In this document: one piece after another, positions 52,327 through 64,000 of the stretch | Numbering within the stretch: position 1 is the first letter of the stretch | How the letters are laid out: every line of letters starts with the position of its first letter | Assembly (NCBI RefSeq): GCF_006345805.1 | Contig: NC_043017.1 | Location: 4,774,001-4,838,000, forward strand | Source of the DNA: Octopus sinensis | Lineage: Eukaryota | Length of the DNA: 64,000 nt | Direction: 5' to 3' | Notes under the pieces: generated by a model | Database searches by the model: none | What the model was told of the DNA's origin: nothing | What the model saw: the letters and a program-made list of their open reading frames with translations, nothing else | Position numbers and translations under genes: made by a program

Positions 52327-53771
52327 CATACACACACACATATTACTGTGCTTATACACCCACATATTAAAATATACACATCCCTCCATATACACATATA
52401 CACATCCACACCAGACACACACACACACACACACATGCACGTATATCCACTCATAACACACATATGCATTAACATATACACACCCACACAGTAACTACCA
52501 GACACACACGCATGCACTCAATAGCAGCTATACATATTTACAGTTATATATATATATATACACACACATAGATACCTACACCTTAAAACAGCAGACACAC
52601 ACACTAACACACATGTAATGTACACCCACTCAATGAACATGCTTGCTTTGTGCTTAAACCTTCATTCAGCCATGCATGCACACACACAGACACATATATG
52701 CAATAACATATACACACATACACATAAACTTGTACCCCTACACATAAGCATTAACACACTCATAGTCACATAGATGTATAGTCACTCATACGTAAACACA
52801 CAGATATGCAACCCACACATTAAAACAGCATATATATATACACACATATGTGCACATACACACACACAAACACAGCTACACGCTGCACATTAAAACAGCA
52901 CATGTATGCACACTCTCTCACACACACACACAATTAAAATACTACACAACCACACTCACTCATTAACACACACACACACAATTAAAATACTACACAACCA
53001 CACTCACTCATTAACACACACACACACAATTAAAATACTACACAACCACACTCACTCATTAACACACACACACAGCTACATACATGCACACTGCACATTA
53101 AAATAGCACATGTATACACACACACACAATTAAAATGCTACACATCCACACTCACTCATTAACACACACACCTACAGAGCTACACATGCACACTGCACAT
53201 TAAAACAGCATATATGTGCACTCTTAGACATTAAGACATACGTCCTCGCTCACATTAATACACACACACACACACACACACACAAGCAGATATGCAGACA
53301 TTAGCACAGATGCTTGCACACATGCACACACAAAATGGCACACATCCATGTTCACGTTAATACACACACATATGCATGCACACACACACACACACATTAG
53401 CACATAATACAGACACACTAATGTACACACATAAACACCCAGCCACTCCTGCACACACACACATTAATGCATACTCATATACATACACACACACACATGC
53501 TAACACAATGCAGACACACACTAATGCACACATTCACACTTTGTGCTCACACACACACTTACATTCACATGAACACACATTAATACAGAATTCAGACACA
53601 CACACTAATGCACACACTTGCACATTATTGTGCATGCACACACACACACACACATACAGACACACACACACAGACACACACACATACATACACATGAACA
53701 CACATTAATGCAGAATGCAGACACGCACACTTGCACATTAATGTGCATGCACACACACACACAGACACACA

Positions 53772-53826
<55 letters not shown>

Positions 53827-53950
53827 ACACACACGTACATACACATGAACACATATTAATACAGAATTCAGACACACACACACACTAATGCACATGCTTG
53901 CACATTAATGTGCATGCACACACACACACGTGCATATACACACATCCACC
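52140..53950. repeat. (CA)-rich low-complexity tract with ~50-bp tandem units
   Basis: caattaaaatactacacaaccacactcactcatta(ac)n occurs 3-4 times at 52930-53165, plus cacattaat repeats. Confidence 0.9.
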
Positions 53951-53974
53951 CACACAGACATGACTGTTGCTATG

Positions 53975-54111
53975 CTATTCTGCCACGCTGGGTCTGTTCG
54001 TCAGTTCACTGTTGATGGCATCGTACTTCTCCGTCTTCACTTTGAACCTGTCTCTCTCCGAGACATGTTCCAAGATGTGACACAGGAAGCAGAGACAGAT
54101 CTGAGGATGAC
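53975..54111 (-). CDS. Candidate last coding exon of an unidentified minus-strand gene
   Basis: Acceptor ttctttattcgtgtccag| at 54112/54111 (alternative catcctcag| 11 nt downstream, same frame). Peptide (G)HPQICLCFLCHILEHVSERDRFKVKTEKYDAINSELTNRPSVAE*. By hand count 30 of 44 codons end in G/C in an AT-rich context. Confidence 0.5.
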
Positions 54112-54410
54112 CTGGACACGAATAAAGAACCGTAGTGCCAGTGTCCCCACCCCCAACCACCAACCACTGCCACCACCACATACATGTATATGAACTCACA
54201 TGCATTGTACACATACATGCTAATTACTTTGACACATGCAACCTCACTGGTCAGTGTTTCCTTTGAACCGGTGGTCAATTGCCTCCATGAATGACCTTCC
54301 CTCACACATCAGAGGTTAATGTCTCCATAAGTGACATTAATATCAACATGGAAAAAAAAGGATGGTTAGTACCTGTGTTTCACTGGAGATATTCACAGAA
54401 ACACACATAG

Positions 54411-54455
<45 letters not shown>

Positions 54456-54803
54456 GAGGCACAATGGCCCAGTGGTTAGGGCAGCGGACTCGCGGTCGTA
54501 GGATCATGGTTTCGTTTCCCAGACCTGGCGTTGTGAGTGTTTATTGAGCGAAAACACCTATAGGCTCGGGTCAGCCAAAACTTTGTGAATGAATTTGGTT
54601 GATAGAAACTGAAAGAAGCCTGTTGTGTGTGTTTGACCCCCACCACTGAGAGCTGGTGTTGGTGTGTTTACATCCACTTAACTTTTGTTCAAGAAAAAAA
54701 AAAGAATTGATAGGTTAAGTACCAGACTTTAAAAAAAAAGTCCTGGGGTTGATTTGTTCAACTGAAATACTTCAAGGCAGTACTCCAGCATGGTCTCAGT
54801 ATG

Positions 54804-54847
<44 letters not shown>

Positions 54848-55765
54848 AGCCTCAGTTGCCCACAGATGAAGCTAAAAGCCACTTCGCTCTCTGCCTTCAA
54901 ATGTCCTTGTCCATCATGAAGACTTTGATTTAAGAATCAGACTTCATACCAGCATCCTCTCTGGGTATTTTGGGAAAAAGATCTTCATTCCTGCTCCTCT
55001 GACCCACCTACCTTCTGATGGTGACCAAAATAAAAGCTTCCAGACTGATTGGTCTCCAGCTTTATGGCAAAGGCCCAGCAAAGCATAATCTTCTCTGCCA
55101 AATGGGTGTCTGACATCCATGGCTGACCTTGGTGTAGCTCTCTGTTGGTTATATGATCTCTCTAGTTGAGGATAAAAATCTTTCTCCATAGCTTGAAGGC
55201 ACATGGCTCAGTGGTTAGAGTGTCGGGCTCACAATCATGAGGTAATGAGTTTGATTCTTGAACTGGGTTGTGTGTTATGTTCTTGAGCAAGGCACTTTAT
55301 TTCACATCGCTCCAGTTGTGATGTCATGGGTGCCAAAAGCTATATCGACCTTTGCCTTTCCTTTGGATATGCATGGAAAATTCCTGGTATGTATGGGCAA
55401 TTGCTGGTTTTCCATGAACAACCTTGTCCAGACTTGTGCCTCAGAGGGTACACTTTCTAGGTGCAATCCCAGGGTCATTCATAACCAAAGGGGGTCTTTA
55501 CCTTTATAATCCATCTATTTTTATCTCTGGTATGGTCCAATTTTCTGAGTTGCATCACAGAATGCTTTCTACACATACCTTGAAAAATCTAAATTCCAGT
55601 TTTCTGTCCCTATTAGTCTTTCATGTTTTATCCAGCTCATTTATTGCAGCACACACCAGACCTATCCTTGCATAAAATCTGTCCTTGCCTTCTGGGATAT
55701 AATTGTCTAAATATTTAAATTGCTCCTCCGTCCGATTAATGATCTAACTAGCTTGACCAGTCAAG

Positions 55766-55802
<37 letters not shown>

Positions 55803-55907
55803 CAGAGTGTTCTCTAAACATCTAATCCTTTAACATTCAGGATTCTCTGTCAGATGTCAAGTTTATTTACTCATTGTTTTCAATTAATTATGCTATTCTC
55901 TTTTGTA

Positions 55908-57345
55908 ACGTCAGAAATGACAAGGTGCTTGGAGAGCTGTGAAATGTGGCTCTTAAGGAGAATATTTATATCTTTGTTGCCCACAGGGGTCTAAACATAG
56001 AGGGGACAAATAAGGATAGACAAAGAAATTAAGTTAATTACATCGACCCCAGTGTGTAACTGGTACTTATTTAATCGACCCCGAAAGGAAGATAGGCAAA
56101 GTCGACCTTGGTGGAGTTTGAACTCAGAATGTAACGACAGACGAAATATCGCTAAGCATTTTGCCCAGTGTGCTAACATTTTTGCCAGCTCACCGTCCTC
56201 GTAAAGATGGACGAAATACCTATTTCTTTACTACCCACAAGGGGCTAAACACAGAGAGGACAAACAAGGACAGACAAAGGGATTAAGTCAATTACATCGA
56301 CCCCAGTGTGTAACTGGTACTTATTTAATCGACCCCGTAAGGAAGACAGGCAAAGTCGACCTTGGTGGAGTTTGAACTCAAAATGTAATGACAGATGAAA
56401 TATTGCTAAGCATTTTGCCCGGTGTGCTAACGTTTCTGCCAGCTCACCCTCCTTGTAAAGACAGACGAAATACTGTTAAGTATTTCGCCTGGCATGCTAA
56501 CGTTCCTATCAGCTCTCCGCCCTCGTAAAGACAAATGAAATACTGTTTAGCATTTCACCCAGCGTATTAACGTTTCTACCAGCTCATTGCCTTTGTAAAC
56601 ACAGACGAAATACTGTTAAGCATTTCGCCTGGAATGCTAATGTTTCTGACAAATCATTGCCTTTGTGGCTCTTAAGGAGAATATTGAGGGTAGCATGGAT
56701 AGACAAAGTGTCTAATGAAGAAATGATGACCCAGGCTGCAGTAAATAGGAGACTGTTTTGTGAGATAAGGGCAAAATGATTGAGATTTTTTAGTCATATG
56801 ATGAGAAATTAGGGCCTGGAGAATTTAGTAATGACTGAAAAGAGGGATGAGAGAAGAAGCAGGGGAAAGAGAAGGATGATAGAAATCGGTTGAAAGAAAG
56901 AGGCATTTAACATCAGGAAATAAAACTGTTACAGAAAACAAAGAACAGAGAATTGTCGCAGGATATGATTGCCTATGTCTTACATTGAGAATACTGAGGA
57001 TAGCTTGACAAAGGGTCTAATGAAGAAGTGATGGCTTGGGCTCTGGTAAATAGGGAGGTGCTTCATGAGATAAGGGGCTAAGCAATGGAAATTTCTTTGT
57101 CATGGGATGATAAAAGAGGACCTGGAGATTTTAGTGATGGCCAGAAGGATTGAAGAGAAGAAAAGCAGGAGGAGGAGGATGTCCTGGATGTCAAGCTCCA
57201 GGAATTGGTTGGGAGAAAGTGGCATTTAAACATCATGAAATAGAACTGTTTACAGAAAAGAAAGAATAGAAAACTGTGGCAGGACATGATCACTTATGTT
57301 CTACATTCTGGACATGGCACCTAAAGAAAGAAAGAAAGGAAAAAC
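55908..57345 (+). mobile_element. RTE/BovB-like LINE 3' fragment, partly tandem-duplicated and split by a SINE
   Basis: EMWLLRRILRVAWIDKVSNEEM...LRFFSHMMR..GLENLVM...RRSRGKR, with a second copy from ~56988 and a (GAAA)n tail. Confidence 0.8.
55967..56663 (-). mobile_element. Composite family B SINE with multimerised 5' head
   Basis: Three extra ~68-bp head repeats (56455-56663) plus two SINE bodies. 22-bp TSD tgtggctcttaaggagaatatt (55945-55966, 56664-56685). Confidence 0.85.
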
Positions 57346-58339
57346 AAAAGAGCTTCAAGATTTTTATGATGTTATCGTTTATTTTTCAGAGTGACATTGT
57401 GGAGTTGGTGTGAGAGGTCATATCTGGCCAGTTTTAACACAAAACAGGCAGAGTATTTGAGCCAGATATGTCCAGTTTAAATTTTAAAGCTTTATTTCTC
57501 TCCTCCAACACAACATTTTTCACTGGCTTCAAAGCCACTGTAGCCAGCCTAGCAGATAACCATTCCCTCTTACAGACCAGTTTAGTTATTGAAGAATAAA
57601 ATAGTTTCAGGTTTACGAAATACAATTCTTTTCGAGTAATTGAAAATTTTCTTTTCCTTATTTCTATTTTTTTTTTGGTTTGTTTAAAATAAATTTTTGT
57701 ATTTATTTATATTAGCTTTTTTTTTATGTAATTGCTTGAAATGTAACAACCATCACAATGAAACCAGAAGAATTGCAGCAAAAACAAAATGAAATTAACT
57801 TTTATCTTGTCTCATTATCTCGTCTAGTCTCCATCAAGATAAACTGTCTGAGCCAGATATTAATTAATGACCAGACATAGTATATTACTGTTACTAAGTG
57901 TGTGCCTATGTATATGTACATATGTGTATATGTGTGCGTGTATGTGTGCATGCATGTGTGTGTTAGGGTGTATCTATGAATTAATAACAAGACGTAGTAT
58001 ATCACTGTGTGTGTGTATGTGTGTTTGTGCACACCTGAATTAATAATTAGACATTATATATTACCGTGTGTGTGTGTGTGTGTGTGTGTGAGCGCACCTG
58101 AATTAATAATTAGACATTGTATGTTACTGTGTGTGTGTGGAGTTTAGTGTTTGTTTAAATTTTATTTAAGACTTAATCAGAGAAGGAAAGGCTCACGACC
58201 CACATTTTTGGGTCTCTTATGATTGATAGGCAGGAGAGGGGGTCATTGTCACAGCTCAAAGCCATAGCATCAATGATTACAGCAAGTGCCCCTAAAATAA
58301 CTCCAAGCACAGGTCATGAGGTGACCAGAGACAGAACAA

Positions 58340-58680
58340 GGGTAGATCAGTAGGGGCAGATCAGGGACAGATTAGGAGTAGATCAGGAGCTGACCCAGGG
58401 CACATCAGGAACCGACTGGGGCACATTCGGAGCTAATCTGGGGCACATTGAGAGCTAACTTGGAGCACATCAGGAGCTGACCAAGGGTACATTGGAGGCT
58501 GAGTGGGGTCACATCAGGAGTTGACTTGGGGCACATTGGGAGCTGACTGGGGTGACATTAGGAACTGACTAGGGGGCACATTGGGAGCTGACCAGGGAGC
58601 ACATCAAGAGCTGACTAGGGGCTAATAAAGAGGTAATCAGGGTCACACCAAGAAGTAATTGGGAACATTGGGAGATGACG
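58340..58680. repeat. ~21-bp minisatellite (ggggcacatcaggagctgact)
   Basis: About 13 degenerate units. Confidence 0.85.
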
Positions 58681-59189
58681 GAATTGTTAGAGCATAAGGC
58701 AAAATATGCTTGTCGCAGTATTTCTTCTGGCTCCTAATGTTCTGAGTTCAAATCCTGCTGAGGTCAACTTCAGTATTTATCCTTTCTGGGTTAATAAAAT
58801 ATAAAATAAATCAAGTCCTGGGGTCAATAGAATCAACTATCCCCATCCCCATAAAATTGTTGGTCTTGGGCCAAAACTTTAAAGAATTATTACGGGACTG
58901 GTAGAATCATTAGAGCAGTATTTTACCCAGCTCTTTACATTCTGAGTTCAAATACCACCAATGTCAACTACGCCATTCATCCTTTTGGGGTCAATAAAAT
59001 AAAGTACCAGTCACATACTTAGAGGTCAGTGTGATTGACTACCCTCTCACCTCAAAACTTCTGGTCTTGAGATAAAAACTAGAAAGTACTATATTAATTA
59101 ACCATTTGTGGCGGACACCCTTGAGAGAGAGGAATTCATGACCATCATGCATTGGGGTGAGGGGGCTGAGGGTATTAAGAGCCCTCGGG

Positions 59190-59317
59190 CAGGGCATAAC
59201 TATTTACTGGGCCCCTTTGAATGTGTGTTTTAGTAGAGTTAACATGTAGAATGCGGGCCCCTTAAAGCTTCAGGCCCTCAGGCAGTGCTTGATTGACTGA
59301 CGGCTCAGTCCGTCCCT
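59190..59317. mobile_element. Degenerate hAT-like MITE
   Basis: caggg...ccctg ends with internal gggcccc motifs. Confidence 0.45.
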
Positions 59318-59399
59318 GCCTTTATGCCACATCCAGCTGGTTCAAACCGGTTGAACCCAGTTTAAATGCAGATCAATAATTTCTCCCAGGTTTATTATA

Positions 59400-59625
59400 T
59401 ATTTCTTTACTACCCACAAGGGACTAAACACAGAGGGGACAAACAAGGACTGACAAAGGGATTAAGTTGATTACATCGACCCCAGTGTGTAACTGGTACT
59501 TAATTTATCGACCCCGAAAGGATGAAAGGCAAAGTCGACCTCGGAGGAATTTGAACTCGGAACTTAACGACAGACGAAATATGGCTGCGCATTTCGCCCA
59601 GTGTGCTAACGGTTCTGCCAGCTCG
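59400..59625 (-). mobile_element. Family B SINE with 14-bp TSD
   Basis: TSD ccaggtttattata at 59386-59399 and 59626-59639. Confidence 0.9.
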
Positions 59626-62381
59626 CCAGGTTTATTATAGCAAAAAAGGCGACATGGCTGTCCAACTTATTGTTAGCTGACTCGGCGGAGCAACAGTCAA
59701 GTTATTTTTTGATAGTGATACTCTGGAGAAATTCATGAACATCACAGAATCTCCTGGCAATCTGTTTCGTTACCTTTCTGTTTGTGTAAGCAATAACACC
59801 CGTCACTATTGGGGGGGGGGGGCTGATGAGAAGGGACCACCAGGGATGCACGGAAGAAACAAACAAAACAAAAAGTCTAAGGAAATGAATAAAAATATTT
59901 TCTTTATGCTATGCCAACATCTCTTGCCCACCCGTGTGTGTGTGTTCTTCTATGTATGTATTTGTGTGTGTGTGAATGCATGTGTTCTTGTGTGTGTGTG
60001 TATGAATGTATGTGTTCTGTGTATGTATTTGTGTGTGTGTGAATGTATGTGCTTGTGTGTATGTGTGTGTGTGTGTTCTGTGTATGTATTTGTGTGAATG
60101 TGTGTATGTGTGTTTTCTTCTGTGTATGTATTTGTGTATGTTCTTGTGTGTATGTGCTCTCCTTTCTTTCTTTCTTTCTTCCTTTCTGTCTTTCTTCCTT
60201 TTTGTCTGTTTCTCTCTTCTTTCTTTCTTTCTCTCTGTTCTTTCTGTCTTTCTTACTCTTCTGTCTTTGTGTTTTCTTTCTTTCTTTCTTTTCTATCATT
60301 GTGTTTTCTTTCTTTCTTTTCTGTCTTTGTGTTTACTTTCTTTCTTTCTTCCTTTCTTTCTCTTTCTCTTCTCTCTTTGTATTTTCTTTCTTTGTTGAAA
60401 GATTCCGTTTCTGGGTGGATTGTCTCCTGGATTGTCATCTCTTTGAGCATTCTGCTTAACATCTCAAGTAATGTGTTGGCTGGTGCCAAACTGAAGAACC
60501 GAGAAAAATTAATCAGTTGGAAAAAAGAAAAAAAGAGACAAATTGGTGAAACAGAAGAAGACGACATTTTTTTGTATTTTTTGTGGGGATGTTTTTTAGT
60601 GTTGTTGATTTTAGTATTTCAAGTGAAACCAGCCATTTCTTACATTTTCTGCATCTGTCTGTCTGTCTGTCCCTTGGCTTTGTTTATCTCTCTGATTTTT
60701 TTTTCTGTTTCTATGCCTTTCTTGTATTTGTGTGGTTAAGAATCTTACTTTGAAACCATGTGGTTTTGAGTTTGATTCCACTGCATGGCACCGTGGACAA
60801 ATGTCTTCTGTGGTATCTTCAGGATAATCAATGCTTTGTGCAGGAATTTGATAGGCAGAAACTGTGTGGAAGCCTATCAAATGTGTGTGTGTCTTTGAGC
60901 CTGTTTTTGTTCCTGTCACTGCATGACAATATTGGTTTGTTTACATCCTTGTAACTTAGTCTGGCAAAGGAGACTGTTAGAATAACTAAATTGATAAACA
61001 AGTGCTGGTGTTGATTTGTTTAACTAAAAACCATTCAAGGCAGTGCCCCAGCATGGCCACAGTCCAATGACAAACAAATAAAAGAGCTACATATGTATGA
61101 GTGTGTGTGTGACAGTATGTATTTGTTTGTGCTCTTGATTAGACATCAAAAGATGGTTGTAAACAAGCATCACCATCATACAAGCAGTGTTGTTTGTTTC
61201 CAGTCTTCAGTGAAAGTCATGTCTGGCCATAGGGAAATATTTTCTTGCTTGGAAACAAGTAAAAGTTGGTGACAGGAAGAGCATCCAGCTGTAGAAAATC
61301 TGCCTCAATAAATACTGTTTGACCCATGCAAACCTGTAAAAGGGGTGTTAAAATGATGATGATCCACACACACGCATACACACACAATCACCACCATCAT
61401 CATCCTCATTTAACATCCATCTTCCATGCATGCATGGGTAGGATGGTTGACAGAAGGTGGCCAGGTACAAGACTACCTCAGACTACTGTGTCTGTTTTGG
61501 CAGGGGTTTTTATAGCTGGATGCCCTTCCTATCACCAACCAAATATTCATTTCAAATTTGGGCCCAAGGCCACCAAGTTTTAGGCAGGGGTTTAGTTATC
61601 AATTTCATCGAATTCTCCCCCCCCCCTTCCCTGCTGAACTAGTATTTATTTTATCAACCCCGAAAGGATGAAAGGCAAAGCTGACCTTGGCAAGATTTGA
61701 ACTCAGAATGTAAAGACAGACTAAATGCTGCTAAGCATTTTCCCTGGTGTGCTAATGATTCTGCCAGCTTCCCACCTTACACATGTATAAATAATAACAA
61801 GGAAAATAGAGTGAGCAGCACATTCTTATTGCATAATGTTACAATTGTTTCATCACTTTACCAGATGGTTATTGCTGGAATATTATTATGTAATAAATGA
61901 AATAATCCATCAAATCAGTATATTTGAGCAATAATGGAAAATACTGACTCTTGAGATATTCATATAAACCAGTTTGACAAACTAGCCCTTATTTCATAGA
62001 ATATATATATATGCCTTTCATTGATGATGCTATAATCCATGTTATTTCATATATTTCAGCAATAATTCTTCTGGTAAAGAGTTGATGAAACAATTGCTTT
62101 ATTATGCAATGAAATGTGTTACTCACTCCATTCTTCTTGTTAATATTTATATAAACTCTACAGATATTCATGGATTTTCATATGTATCTTCAGTAAAATG
62201 ACCAATTTTCTTCATAAAATTCTATCTGATACTCAATACCTGTTGTATTTCCTTTCTAAAGCAAACTACAAGGTTAATACCTAAATTAAATTGAGATATA
62301 GAATATATATATATATATTATATATATGAAGGACTTCCATAGATTTTGTGCTTACCAAATTCCATTTATAAGGCTACCTGT

Positions 62382-62609
62382 TTCTTTACTACCCACAAGG
62401 GGCTAAACACAGAGAGGACAAACAAGAACAGACAAACCGATTAAGTCGATTATATCGACTCCAGTGCGTAACTGGTACTAAATTTATCGACCCCAAAAGG
62501 ATGAAAGGCAAAGTCGACCTCAGCGGAATTTGAACTCAGAACATAACGACAGACGAAATACAGCTACGCATTTCGTCTGGTGTGCTAACGATTCTGCCAG
62601 CTCGCCGCC
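62382..62609 (-). mobile_element. Family B SINE with 17-bp TSD
   Basis: TSD tttataaggctacctgt at 62365-62381 and 62610-62626. Confidence 0.9.
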
Positions 62610-62724
62610 TTTATAAGGCTACCTGTCAAACTGAAGCTATTATAGAAGGCACTTGCTTAAATTGCTGTGCAGTGGGATCAAATCTGGAACCAAATACTTG
62701 TGAACCAAACTATTTAACCTTGCA

Positions 62725-62970
62725 GTTAGATTATCAACCAACCATTTCCCCATTTCCAAATCATGAGCCATACATTTCTACACCAACAACCATATATTTC
62801 CATACAATCAGCCACACATTTCCACATTATCGGCAATGCATTTGTGCATTATCAACCACATATTTCTGCATTATCAACCATGCATTTCTATATTATTAGC
62901 CACCCTTTTCCACGTTATCAGCCACTCTTTTCCACATGATCAAAACCAAATATTTCCACATTATCAACTA
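62725..62970. repeat. ~22-bp minisatellite (ccacatatttctgcattatcaa)
   Basis: About 10 degenerate units. Confidence 0.8.
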
Positions 62971-63560
62971 CTTCCTTCTGACTGTTAACTTAATTTTCCA
63001 TGTTGTAATTCTTCTCTCTTTACACTCTACATTCAAATTACAAACCATGAGTTCAAACCCAACCTTAGCATATGTTTAATTGATGTTTCCACCCCAGGCT
63101 GGCCTTCACTGAACAGATTCATGTGTAGTGTGCCATGTTTTTTCAGCAACAGCAAGAAGTGACTTGGAGGGAATTTGGTTGCTATTTCTAGTCTCTGAGA
63201 GTTTGTCAAGGCCCCAGACACATCCCTTTCTGGCAGATCAATTCATTTAATTCAAAATGAGAAACTAAAAATCATAAACTATAAATTTTTCTAATTAAAA
63301 ATTTTTAGTTAACCAGATATTAATGTGTAATTTAGATGAAAGGAATCAGTGCACACTTCATGTATAGAACTTATTTATGATCAAAATGGTATTGACTGTA
63401 ATTAATCACCTCTTAAACTAATTATTAATTAATTAATAGTCTGAAGTTACTCAGAATGTACATTTTAAAAACCTGGTTGTTCCTATTAAAATATATTGAA
63501 TTTACACCTATTGGGACATACAGTGTATACACATCTATCCATATATATATATTATATATG

Positions 63561-63674
<114 letters not shown>

Positions 63675-64000
63675 GGCACTGGCTTGGTTGTGTGGTAAGA
63701 AGCCTGCTTCCTAACCACATAGTTCCATGTTCAGTCCCACTGCATGGCACCTTGGGCAAATGTCTTCTATTATATCCTTGGGTCGACCAAAGCCTTGTGA
63801 GTGAATTTGGTAGATGGAAACTGAGAGAATCCTGTCGTATATATGTGTGTGTGTGTGTGTCTTTGTGTCTGTTTGTCTCCCCATCACTGTTTGACAACCA
63901 GTGTTGGTGTGTTTATATTACCTTGTCTGGAAACAGGTGAGGCATCCAGGAAGGGCATCCAGCCATGCAAAGCCTGCTTGAAGGGATTCTGATTGGCCCA

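Overview
Eukaryotic, AT-rich and extremely repeat-dense DNA. It is very probably from an Octopus (coleoid cephalopod) genome, judged from recognisable octopus tRNA-derived SINE families and huge (TA)n/(CA)n/(TATG)n arrays. Almost every ORF in the supplied track is a microsatellite or SINE translation, and no complete protein-coding gene can be identified. Mobile DNA includes three SINE families, a 5'-truncated CR1-group LINE buried in a ~4.6 kb TA array, RTE and R4/Dong-type LINE remnants, Tc1/mariner, hAT, piggyBac-like and MULE-like MITEs, and Helitrons. Several short Penelope-like elements carry minimal hammerhead-ribozyme motifs and sit in microsatellites. Possible host features are a bidirectional promoter at ~17.6-18.0 kb and a CpG-depleted, probably methylated minus-strand gene body from ~31 kb to beyond 64 kb. 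That region holds a GC3-rich candidate last coding exon at 54.0 kb and a chain of candidate exons ending at an AATAAA at 31.4 kb. All calls were made by eye; no database search was run.
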